A stretch of DNA of 64,000 nucleotides, from positions 10,119 to 74,118 of the IMG/VR virus record IMGVR_UViG_3300045988_107526, one strand, 5' to 3'. Source of the stretch: a virus. Shown here piece by piece: positions 35,939 through 44,086 of this stretch (its first letter is position 1; every line of letters starts with the position of its first letter). Both the position numbers and the translations under genes were made by a program. The notes below the pieces were generated by a model. The model searched no databases. It had not been told where the DNA came from and was given only the letters and a program-made list of their open reading frames with translations.

Positions 35939-37935
35939 TCCATTGTTGCCAGAGCGAAATACTCAACCTTCAGTTTATCATCCTTTGATACTACAAGACG
36001 TATTTGCTGACCGCCTGTGCTGAGCGGATGGTTAACACTTTCGCATTCGTCGAGCACGATAGGAACAGATACATCATAGAACTGACCGATAGTGCGAGCG
36101 ATGTCGATTCCGGCATTCACCTTGGCAGCACCATTGAGGCGGCTGTAAGGCACACCAGAATGATAACATTCGCAATAAGGTTTCTTCTCACCATCGAGTT
36201 TTGGAAGGAACAGACTCCATTTTACGAAACGGAAGTGCTGATTGACCTTGTCTTCGAGAGCCTTGCAAGACAACTGATAGAACTCGTTTGTGATGTTGAG
36301 TTTATCATCAATATCATCAAGCTGCTCCTGAAAGATGGCTTTATCCTTCTGCGCTGCTTCGATATGAGTCATTATTTTGTCGTAAGATGCTTTTGAGGCG
36401 AGGAGTTCGAGGACTTCATCGTATCTTTCATCGAGCGGCTTTCGCTCTTCATCGAGTTCTTGAAGCAACTTGTCGTTATCCTCGTTGCTCTCAGATGGAT
36501 TGTCGAGTTCTGCCTGCAACTCACAAATCTCTTTCACTACCTGCTGATATTCTTCCTTCTCGGCTAGAATCTGCTCGTAGGTGCGTGGAGCATCGGAATC
36601 AACTTCTGCCTTATGCTTTTCGGCATCTTTGAGCGCCTGATGAGCCTTGACGAGTTGGTTTGTGGTAGTCTGACGATCATCATTCAGTTTATCTAACTCT
36701 TTGTTTAGCTCTGTGTATGCGCTTTGGAGTTTGGCAAACTCATTGTTGAGTTCTTTCATATCCTCTGCCTTTTGAGAGTTAAATCGGTTCTGAGATTCCT
36801 GTTTGAGGAGCTGAACATCACCGATAGGGAGAGCCTGACCGCAATGAGGACAGAAACCTTCTTTATCATCCCATTCCCAAGTGCGATTGGCAATCTCATC
36901 GCTTCGCTTGTTCAAGTCGCTAACCTTCTTCTTGCAATCTTCAATCTGAGCGTTTATCTGAACCTCTGTAGTAGGATAGCCACTCATGACTGCTTTAAGG
37001 TTTTCAACCGTAGATTCTGCCTTATTGAAGGCTGCGTTGGCGTTGAGAACATCGCTTTGGTGCTTGGTCATGTTATTGGTAGACTCCTTGTCTGCGCCCT
37101 GCTCCATCATTCGCTTGCGTTTTTCAGCAAATTCAATTTTCTTGCGGATTCCGTCAAGTCGAACTCTGTCTGCTCCACCGGTTCGAATCTGCTGAATCTT
37201 GTTGCCTATCTCTGCCAACTTTTCTTGTAGCTCATCCCCTTCTTTACTCAATGCCTTCCAATCCTGCTTTGGTGGAAGGGTCTTGTCGAGTTCGGCAAGT
37301 CTGATAGGGACCGCATCGAGTTCCTTCTGAACTTCTGTACGCTTGTGCTTGAGGTGGTGAAGGATGGCATCAATATCTTTCTGTTTGAGGAGTTCAACAA
37401 GATAATCATACTTCTCTTCGCCCTTCGTGATGTCTTCGACTGAAATGTCACCTGCTAACGACTGGAGGAATGCACGCTGATTCTGCCATGTCATACCAAG
37501 GAACAGATTAGGACAGATGCACCACGAAAATGGGTCTTCTTGAAAGATGTCGTTAACTACTTTTCCGAAATCTCCGGCGGTAGTCAATTCTCCATCAACA
37601 TAGTACTTGAAGGTGTTGGTGCATTTATCGCCTTTCCACTTGTCGGTCAAAACTCGCTTTAACGAGATTTCATCACCATCTACCAACATAACCAACTCGG
37701 ATGAATGCTCTATCTCCTTGATAATATTGTGATTCTCATCGAAGGTTTTGATGTCGAGCTGCATGCCGTTGGTATCAGTACCGAATAATGTGTACATGAT
37801 GGCATTGCCGATAGTGCTCTTACCTCTTCCGTTGTCTCCCGAGATAACGGTTAGGTCTTCTCCGAAATCGAAGACTCCGGAACGGATGCCACAGAAATTT
37901 TGCAGTTTAAGTGTTTTGAATAGGATTTTCTTCAT
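35935..37935 (-). CDS. SbcC/Rad50-like SMC-type ATPase with CxxC hook
   Basis: Walker A GDNGRGKST, a long coiled coil with central FCPHCGQ, and C-terminal Walker B IVLDECE. Confidence 0.7.
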   Translation of the reverse strand: MKKILFKTLKLQNFCGIRSGVFDFGEDLTVISGDNGRGKSTIGNAIMYTLFGTDTNGMQLDIKTFDENHNIIKEIEHSSELVMLVDGDEISLKRVLTDKWKGDKCTNTFKYYVDGELTTAGDFGKVVNDIFQEDPFSWCICPNLFLGMTWQNQRAFLQSLAGDISVEDITKGEEKYDYLVELLKQKDIDAILHHLKHKRTEVQKELDAVPIRLAELDKTLPPKQDWKALSKEGDELQEKLAEIGNKIQQIRTGGADRVRLDGIRKKIEFAEKRKRMMEQGADKESTNNMTKHQSDVLNANAAFNKAESTVENLKAVMSGYPTTEVQINAQIEDCKKKVSDLNKRSDEIANRTWEWDDKEGFCPHCGQALPIGDVQLLKQESQNRFNSQKAEDMKELNNEFAKLQSAYTELNKELDKLNDDRQTTTNQLVKAHQALKDAEKHKAEVDSDAPRTYEQILAEKEEYQQVVKEICELQAELDNPSESNEDNDKLLQELDEERKPLDERYDEVLELLASKASYDKIMTHIEAAQKDKAIFQEQLDDIDDKLNITNEFYQLSCKALEDKVNQHFRFVKWSLFLPKLDGEKKPYCECYHSGVPYSRLNGAAKVNAGIDIARTIGQFYDVSVPIVLDECESVNHPLSTGGQQIRLVVSKDDKLKVEYFALATMD

Positions 37936-38221
37936 TTTTATCTTTGTTTAAAGTTTCTTCTTTTTCTCTCAGTTCCTTATCGTATTCCTCGAATGCCTTT
38001 GCTGTAGCGTAGGTGAACTGGTCGCTATTGCGCATGGCGTTCAAGATAAGATTTTTGAGGTCTTCGGGCGATGCGTGCATGAATGCGTATGCCTTCGGAA
38101 TGGTTCTGTCACCCATGAGTACGATGCAGCGAAAATGCTTTGCCTCATCCCCCATCTTGTCAACTATATCAAGTACATTCTTGATATGATTGAAGAAATT
38201 CTGTCTGATATTCTTTTTCAT
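37907..38221 (-). CDS. Hypothetical protein, 104 aa
   Basis: ORF following the repeated hairpin element. Confidence 0.5.
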   Translation of the reverse strand: MKKNIRQNFFNHIKNVLDIVDKMGDEAKHFRCIVLMGDRTIPKAYAFMHASPEDLKNLILNAMRNSDQFTYATAKAFEEYDKELREKEETLNKDKNEENPIQNT

Positions 38222-38239
38222 GATTTCGTTTTTTTAAAA

Positions 38240-38265
38240 CCTGCCTATCCTCACGGACGAGCAGG
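38240..38265 (-). promoter_or_regulatory. Repeated RNA hairpin element, copy 1 (GNRA loop)
   Basis: The minus strand reads CCTGCTCGTCC-GTGA-GGATAGGCAGG followed by TTTTA. A second copy lies at 39588-39613. Confidence 0.5.
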
Positions 38266-38304
38266 GAAAAACCAATTCAAATTTATGAAAAATAACGCTA
38301 AAAA

Positions 38305-38826
38305 CTAATTCTTATCTGTTGATCCTAAACCGCTACGAGTGCCGGTTACCTTGCCTAGTTCCAAGTTAGTGTCTGGAACGTAAGTGAAAGCACCCTGACA
38401 GATGCGTTGGGTATAAGGAATAACGAACTTGAAACCGAGCAGACGCATGATGCGATGCTTTAACCTCCATCTGCCCGACTTGACGATGGCGTGAACTTCT
38501 TTACCATATCCGCAATCAATCAAACCGAGAATTACATCAAGATTTGCTCTAACAGTTCCTAGATAGTCGCCATGTAGCCAAGAAGGGAAATAAACATCCA
38601 ACAACATACCTTTTCCAGACATACCACTACGTGGCTGAATCAGCATCTTCATATTTGAAGGAAGTTGTATCTTGAACCCGAGCGGAACGTAAAAGCGTTT
38701 GTTTGGAGATACCTCCGTGTCCTTACTGCAATGAAGGTCGTAAGCGGCATCCGTCTCATACGACTTCGTAGGGAAACACCCATGTGTTACCAATTCTACA
38801 TTGATTTTTGTACCTGATTTACTCAT
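38305..38826 (-). CDS. dut: dUTP diphosphatase
   Basis: Motifs AAYDL, PRSGMSGKG, GLIDCGYGKEV and C-terminal RSGLGST. Confidence 0.7.
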   Translation of the reverse strand: MSKSGTKINVELVTHGCFPTKSYETDAAYDLHCSKDTEVSPNKRFYVPLGFKIQLPSNMKMLIQPRSGMSGKGMLLDVYFPSWLHGDYLGTVRANLDVILGLIDCGYGKEVHAIVKSGRWRLKHRIMRLLGFKFVIPYTQRICQGAFTYVPDTNLELGKVTGTRSGLGSTDKN

Positions 38827-38837
38827 ATAATCTATTC

Positions 38838-39341
38838 TTATAAATGTTTCTGTTCTAAAAGTCTGTCTACTTCCTTCTGATAAAAGGCTATCAACTGATT
38901 ATACTCGAAGAGTGACCAGTTCTTGTTTTCTGTTCTTGCCCTAGCCTCTATCAAATCAACCCTCTGTTCGCCAATCTGCTTTATAAGTGCACGGCGATAC
39001 ATCTGAATATTTCCTTGATTGAAAATATTGCAAGCTACGCATTGTGGTCGGCAGTTATCTTCGCTGAATCGGGTTGACATGTAACGTCTCGACATGTAAT
39101 GACCGTTCTGAATTTCCTTCCAAGGGAAAACCTTGCCGCAACTGATACATCGGCAATAGCCTTTATCATCAGAATATTTCAGTCGAATGTATTTGGAGAA
39201 GACCGCATCTAGCTTATCTCTCAGCTTACTTTTGCTAAGTCCGGCCTTCGCCTTCTTCTTCTCCTGTTCCTTCTTGGCTTTATCCCAAGGAGTCTTCTTT
39301 ATAGGTGTCCTCTTGATAGGAGTTTTTCTTTTTAAACCCAT
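38838..39341 (-). CDS. ninG: NinG/Rap-like recombination endonuclease
   Basis: CRCISCGKVFPWKEIQNGHYMSRRYMSTRFSEDNCRPQCVACN matches the lambda NinG Cys/His pattern. ATG at 39341 (MGLKRKTPIKR) chosen. Confidence 0.65.
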   Translation of the reverse strand: MGLKRKTPIKRTPIKKTPWDKAKKEQEKKKAKAGLSKSKLRDKLDAVFSKYIRLKYSDDKGYCRCISCGKVFPWKEIQNGHYMSRRYMSTRFSEDNCRPQCVACNIFNQGNIQMYRRALIKQIGEQRVDLIEARARTENKNWSLFEYNQLIAFYQKEVDRLLEQKHL

Positions 39342-39558
39342 ATTGCATGTAATTATCATTTGTAAAGTTTGAATACTCGCCCTCTGGCTTTCCGATGTCT
39401 GAGGACACATTTTTAATTTTAGAGTTGAGGATATTAATTTTCCTCAGCTTTGACTCGAAGATTCCCAAGGGTGCCCAAGGGTTTCTTTCGAGTTCTCTGT
39501 ATATTTCGAGAACCTTTCTCCGGTACTTGTGGAGAGTAGGTTCGGATAAATCTATCAT
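39280..39558 (-). CDS. Hypothetical protein, 92 aa
   Basis: The track ORF runs to 39672, but that extension covers hairpin copy 2. The ATG at 39558 places the hairpin upstream, as in copy 1. Confidence 0.4.
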   Translation of the reverse strand: MIDLSEPTLHKYRRKVLEIYRELERNPWAPLGIFESKLRKINILNSKIKNVSSDIGKPEGEYSNFTNDNYMQYGFKKKNSYQEDTYKEDSLG

Positions 39559-39587
39559 AAGCCATTGATTTTGAAGTTTAAGTAAAA

Positions 39588-39613
39588 CCTGCATATCCTC
39601 ACGGACGAGCAGG
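39588..39613 (-). promoter_or_regulatory. Repeated RNA hairpin element, copy 2
   Basis: 31 nt TAAAACCTGC(C/A)TATCCTCACGGACGAGCAGG are shared with copy 1, with one mismatch. Confidence 0.5.
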
Positions 39614-39672
39614 TAAGAGTCAAATTTTTTTTCGAACAATGACCGATGCCGCTGCATCGAATAATCATACAC

Positions 39673-40421
39673 AACAAACTAATACATAATAGTCCACCTT
39701 AAGGATTCGGACCCAACTTCCCGATTTGATAAGAATGTATTAAGGATTTACACAAAACAGTTTCGGGCGTGCTACCAGTTACACCATCGGTGGATGTCGG
39801 CATCATGCGCTAACATGAATTTAAGAGCCATGCTCACCGCTTTAGCTATCAGTCATAAAGACTGATGCTCGGTGATCACCTTATAATGACTTAACACTAT
39901 TCGACTTTACACTTTTCCAATATGTCAAAGAACTTATGCCCACAAACGGACAATGGGATTGTTCCAGAAATCGCTATATATAATAATGTATAAAACGAAA
40001 GGTGCCGGTAGAATGCTCGACCACAACATTTCCTTATGGTTCGTGGCGCATGAATTCAACGCAAACAACTTATATTGCCACTGGGTCTATACCGCCACAC
40101 ACCTAACAATTTCAAGAAAGTATAATAACAATATTCCAAAACTATTTTGGGGATTCGAGGCGAGTTGAACGCCTTTGCTCGGGTTGTTTCCCCGCTCACT
40201 CCGAGTGAGCTAGCTCGATTCCCATGTATCACTCCTATGCTCGCGCACAAGAGTGAATTGTAACTAGTAACCAACTCTATCTATTGAAGATAGGTTTTAC
40301 AAATAAGAAAAAGAACCTTTCTTAAGCAATCGTTTAACTCTATGCTCACGCATATTCAGTTTAAAACGCATTTTGTCTGAATAACTAATCTAAAAGTTCA
40401 ACAGCCAAATATTTCACACAT
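39673..40421 (-). ncRNA. ORF-free, hairpin-dense 750-nt stretch within early leftward transcript (candidate structured RNA or origin)
   Basis: All six frames are broken by all three stop types. Many perfect 5-9-bp stems are present. Family is unknown. Confidence 0.35.
40149..40223 (-). ncRNA. tRNA-like cloverleaf element (non-canonical)
   Basis: On the minus strand: acceptor GGAATCG/CGAATCC with one A-A mismatch, a T-arm AGGCG-TTCAACT-CGCCT at canonical positions 49-65, and a 5-nt variable loop. However, the D-arm is a 7-bp/3-nt hairpin and the anticodon stem is 4 bp with no U33. Confidence 0.35.
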
Positions 40422-40628
40422 TTACACACTCATAAATTGCGGCAATTTATGCTTCTCTGCTCCATAGCGATTCAGGGCAAAAGAACGAATGTCCTGAGCC
40501 TGTTGGCTATTACTTCGGTAAGCTAGAGCATTGTAGACAGTAGCCTTGCCACAACCAAAAATTTCCATGATTTTAGGAATTTTATCTTTATCAATCAAAA
40601 TTTTTTCTATTTTTACTACCTTTTTCAT
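40422..40628 (-). CDS. Cro-like small HTH protein, 68 aa
   Basis: HTH IMEIFGCGKATVYNALAY. First gene of the leftward early operon, divergent from the CI-like gene. Confidence 0.6.
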   Translation of the reverse strand: MKKVVKIEKILIDKDKIPKIMEIFGCGKATVYNALAYRSNSQQAQDIRSFALNRYGAEKHKLPQFMSV

Positions 40629-40638
40629 ATTATTTTTT

Positions 40639-40701
40639 GTATCTTTGCAACATAAATCCGTTTAGAACGAGTTTTATTCTCGTTTACGGATGCAAAGATA
40701 C
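40639..40701. promoter_or_regulatory. Switch region: imperfect 63-bp palindrome carrying two face-to-face TATCTTTG -7 boxes
   Basis: GTATCTTTGCA at 40639-40649 and TGCAAAGATAC at 40691-40701. Central hairpin AACGAG-TTTTATT-CTCGTT. Confidence 0.6.
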
Positions 40702-40783
40702 ATGTTTATGGACAAATATCCAAGAACATAGACATTTATTTATAGTTAATTTACGTATTTACACATTTATAAACACTAGCAGT

Positions 40784-41146
40784 ATGGAAGGATTAAGAGA
40801 TAGAATCAACGAGGTAAGAGACCATTACAGGCTGACTAACAGAGGGTTTGCTGATGCTATCGGGGCAAAACCTGCTGCTACGAACAATTATTTGAACGGA
40901 ACAAAGGAGCCTTCAATGGAGTTTATAGAAAGAATACTGACTACATACGTAGACATATCAGCAGATTGGCTACTTTGTGGCAGAGGCAGTATGTTTTACG
41001 ATGCAGACAAGCAGACGGACGAAAAACTACTGAAAGAACTAGCAGAAACAAAAGTAAAGTTGCTAGTACAGGAAGGAGTGGTTAAGGAGTTAAAGCAAAT
41101 CATCAGCGAGAAGATTGCTGAAAGAGACAAAAGCCTTGTTGGATGA
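40784..41146 (+). CDS. CI-like XRE-family repressor, 120 aa
   Basis: HTH LTNRGFADAIGAKPAATNNYLNG, the motif DWLLCGRGSMF, and a C-terminal coiled coil. ATG at 40784. Confidence 0.65.
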   Translation: MEGLRDRINEVRDHYRLTNRGFADAIGAKPAATNNYLNGTKEPSMEFIERILTTYVDISADWLLCGRGSMFYDADKQTDEKLLKELAETKVKLLVQEGVVKELKQIISEKIAERDKSLVG

Positions 41147-41152
41147 TACGAT

Positions 41153-41185
41153 AAAGGGGAGTATTCGCAAAGAAGGCTCCCCTTT
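41153..41185. terminator. Bidirectional hairpin terminator between repressor and integrase
   Basis: Perfect 9-bp stem AAAGGGGAG/CTCCCCTTT. Confidence 0.6.
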
Positions 41186-41191
41186 GTTATG

Positions 41192-42325
41192 TTACATCTT
41201 GCCTTCGAGGGCATCGAAAGCAGATTGTACGTCCTTATTTAATGTACGTGCGTATCTAGTAGTCTGACGCAAGGTAGTGTGACCAAGCACCCTTGCCACG
41301 ATGTTGATAGGCATTCCCTTAGACAGGAATAAGGTTGCAGCAGTCGCTCTACCCATGTGGGTATGCAATCTGTCAACTCCGACCATCTGCCCGATCGCCT
41401 TCAGATAATCATTATACTTCTGATTAGTCATTCTAGGCAGCTTGAAATCATACTTCTGTAGTATCTCCAGGGCAGGTTTTAGAAGTTGGAATACGAAATC
41501 CGTATCTGTCTTCGTTCTCTTAGCGTGATAGAACATCTTGCCGCCAACCTCCTCGCAGTTAGTATAATCGAAGGATGCAAGGTCAGAGTATGCAAGTCCG
41601 GTGTAGCATTGGAAGAGGAACAAATCTCTTGCATGGATAATATGAGGTGTTGAGAGTTTCAGTTTCTTGATGGCAGCAAACTGCTCTTCTGTGACACAAT
41701 CAACATACTGCTTTTCTCCCTTGCCAATATGGAATGGAAGAAACTTATAAGGATTCTGCTCAATAAGTCCGTCTATCATCGCATCATTGATGAACAACTT
41801 GAGATACTTGTGGTAGTCGTAGATTGTACATTGAGCCTTATTCTGTCTGTGGAGATACTCATCCATCGCACGCACCTTCGACACATTGCAGTCTTTGAAC
41901 GACTTTATCTTCCCCCATTTTTTGAGAAATTTGATAAAGACATCATAGCGTTTCTTGGTATGCTCGCACACCTTGCGCTCATTTCGTCTTCTCTCGCAGT
42001 ACTCGATAAAAGAAGTTCCTTCGTCTTCTCCGTTCATTAAGGAAATAACGGCATTCAAATCATAGTTTCCTTCTTTCACCAACTTCTCAATAACCTCATG
42101 CGCTCTAGAAGTGTATGCAGTCAATAAGTTGTTGAGTTCATCTGCATCCTTGCGCTTGATTATCTTCTTTGTGGTATCAGACCATTGATTTGTTGTCACC
42201 TTGATACCGGTAGAATAATACTTGCGCGTACCCTTTGTACTAAAGCACAATTCGATAGAAACTTCCTTTTGAGAGGTTCCACGTTTCTGTCGATTGTGAA
42301 AAATACTTAAATTAATTTTTGCCAT
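41192..42325 (-). CDS. int: Tyrosine recombinase/integrase (Bacteroides arm-binding type)
   Basis: C-terminal HMGRATAATLF...LGHTTLRQTTRYA supplies the R, HxxR and Y residues. ATG at 42325 (MAKINLS) chosen. The ORF extends to 42373. Confidence 0.8.
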   Translation of the reverse strand: MAKINLSIFHNRQKRGTSQKEVSIELCFSTKGTRKYYSTGIKVTTNQWSDTTKKIIKRKDADELNNLLTAYTSRAHEVIEKLVKEGNYDLNAVISLMNGEDEGTSFIEYCERRRNERKVCEHTKKRYDVFIKFLKKWGKIKSFKDCNVSKVRAMDEYLHRQNKAQCTIYDYHKYLKLFINDAMIDGLIEQNPYKFLPFHIGKGEKQYVDCVTEEQFAAIKKLKLSTPHIIHARDLFLFQCYTGLAYSDLASFDYTNCEEVGGKMFYHAKRTKTDTDFVFQLLKPALEILQKYDFKLPRMTNQKYNDYLKAIGQMVGVDRLHTHMGRATAATLFLSKGMPINIVARVLGHTTLRQTTRYARTLNKDVQSAFDALEGKM

Positions 42326-42656
42326 TTTGGTAACATAAATTTTGAAGGTTGGTATCATTTTTGTAACACTCACCTTCGTTCAACAATTTTTGTGAATGAT
42401 ACAAACCATTGTTTTTTAGATAGTTATCCCCAAAATGCGTTTAAACTAGTTTTAAACTGGTTTAAGAAATCATCTTTTGTTACATATCTCTTTAAAAAAC
42501 AAAAGACAACCTATATAAGTATCTGTTATTCAATACGTTATATAGACTGCTTATTTGATTTTTTCTTGACTAAACGTTGCGTTTTTACGCCTAAAAAGTG
42601 ATTCCGTTGGGGTCACAACCAATTTTTCACAAATCTGTCTATATCAGCCACTTATC

Positions 42657-42673
42657 TTTCGAGTGCAAAGATA
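42657..42673 (-). promoter_or_regulatory. Leftward sigma-A-type promoter TATCTTTGCACTCGAAA with TTTG 20 nt upstream
   Basis: Minus-strand -7 box at 42673-42666 and -33 TTTG at 42697-42694. It faces the integrase gene. Confidence 0.5.
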
Positions 42674-42737
42674 GTGATAACATTTTTATAACACAAATTT
42701 TTCATTACTTTTTAACTATATTTTGCAAAAGTTGAAA

Positions 42738-42769
42738 TTTGGCGGTTTCAAATACTTTTCTTACTTTTG
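42738..42769 (+). promoter_or_regulatory. Rightward promoter TTTG-N20-TACTTTTG
   Basis: -33 at 42738-42741 and -7 at 42762-42769, followed by CACTCG. It heads the 42915-46954 cluster. Confidence 0.5.
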
Positions 42770-42914
42770 CACTCGTCAATACAGATTTTCGCCCTCTATC
42801 TTGTTGATACAACATTTGTGAAACTTCAATACTTTCAATAGGTATTACAATATAGGGGATTGATTAAGCCGTTAGAAGAGGGTCGGTTTTTTCTTTCCCC
42901 AATTTTTGTTTGCT

Positions 42915-43718
42915 ATGCAGTATATAAACGTCACCATAGAACTTCTTAAGACATACTCTTCGAGCAAGAGCATGAAGGAACTTCTTGCGCTGGCAATATG
43001 GTTCAAAATGCAGCATAGCAATTCCGTGATTTGGAACGTAACAGAATACAAATTGCGCAAAGGATTACGTATTGGAAGACCAAAAGCTCAAAGACTTATT
43101 CAAGACATGAAAGATAGCGACCTGTTTACCATAGATGGCAACAAGGTTGTTGTCTCCTCTTTCCGTGACCATACAACAAAGTGGACTCGGAAGAACAAAG
43201 AGTATCATGGAGCAATGGTCTGTAAGTTTGAAGTGAAGGAGTACACGATGAAGGAACTCTACAATCTCATAAACGAGAAACTTTTTGTCTATCCGATTTG
43301 TGCTGCCGAGCACAAGGACTGTTGCATGAAAGCATCTGATGATGGAAAAGTCGGTGCCAAAGGTAAGGCTATCACGATAGGGCAGTTTAAAAAGGCGATC
43401 AATATGAGTAATGGTTCTGTTTCCAACGTGAAGAAGAGACTGATAAGAGAAGGAAAAATAAGTTCCACTCTTGCAGAAAAGCACTCCTTTGATGTTAGAA
43501 ACGAAGAAGAAACGAAAAGGACATTAAAGAGGACTGGCAAGAAGAAAGCAGACTTTGTTGTTGGTACGCTCGGTTTCATAGTCCTTGCATGTTCTTACTC
43601 AATTACCGATAGAATTGTTTCTGATGGGTTCAGACATCTTATCTACGGCAAGCAAAATGAAAAGGTGATACAGAAGGACATGAGTTTTGGAGGTATTCCT
43701 GATGGATTCTTCTGTTAA
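42915..43718 (+). CDS. Hypothetical protein with two HTH-like segments, 267 aa
   Basis: LRKGLRIGRPKAQRLIQDMKD and ITIGQFKKAINMSNGSVSNVKKRLIREGK look like winged-helix segments. Function is unknown. Confidence 0.5.
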   Translation: MQYINVTIELLKTYSSSKSMKELLALAIWFKMQHSNSVIWNVTEYKLRKGLRIGRPKAQRLIQDMKDSDLFTIDGNKVVVSSFRDHTTKWTRKNKEYHGAMVCKFEVKEYTMKELYNLINEKLFVYPICAAEHKDCCMKASDDGKVGAKGKAITIGQFKKAINMSNGSVSNVKKRLIREGKISSTLAEKHSFDVRNEEETKRTLKRTGKKKADFVVGTLGFIVLACSYSITDRIVSDGFRHLIYGKQNEKVIQKDMSFGGIPDGFFC

Positions 43719-43780
43719 ACTCTTCTGTGTTCATTTGTGGAACATACATTGAAAGAAAGAAAATTATAATATTGAAAGTT

Positions 43781-44086
43781 ATGAAGAATGAAACAAAATT
43801 AAACAGAGTAAAGGAGTTTCTTGATGGAAACAACATCAAGTACGTTACTCCTAAGAACGCCGGAAAGAAAGGTCATAGTGACTTATTCCTGCCTTCATTC
43901 AGAATCTACATCAAACTTCAAGGTGAAGATGATGAGTTGTTCTATAAAACCCACCACATAGGTGTGCATCCTATCTTCATCCGTGATGGTGAAACTCCTA
44001 AGTTTATTCTTGAGAAGGTGCAAAACACCATCATCAAGATAATGCAGAAGAAACAGGCAGTATTTGAGAAACGTAAAAAGAAGTAG
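43781..44086 (+). CDS. Hypothetical protein, 101 aa
   Basis: ATG at 43781. Only a weak resemblance to PD-(D/E)xK/DUF559 (SDLFLPSFRIYIKLQG), so no function is called. Confidence 0.45.
   Translation: MKNETKLNRVKEFLDGNNIKYVTPKNAGKKGHSDLFLPSFRIYIKLQGEDDELFYKTHHIGVHPIFIRDGETPKFILEKVQNTIIKIMQKKQAVFEKRKKK

Noticed and set aside
38075-38308. Plus-strand 77-aa ORF spanning hairpin copy 1
   Set aside because: It is antisense to the operon, overlaps the 104-aa gene and runs through the repeated hairpin. It is a likely artefact.
40149-40223. Canonical tRNA gene
   Set aside because: The T-arm and acceptor fit, but the D-arm is a 7-bp stem with a 3-nt loop. The anticodon stem is 4 bp and shifted by one position, U33 is absent and U8 is absent. 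It is kept only as a tRNA-like element.
39953-40274. Track ORFs 39953-40168 (+) and 40056-40274 (-) in the long non-coding stretch
   Set aside because: They overlap each other on opposite strands, cross the strongest hairpins and the cloverleaf, and have no start context. The region is better explained as structured RNA or DNA.
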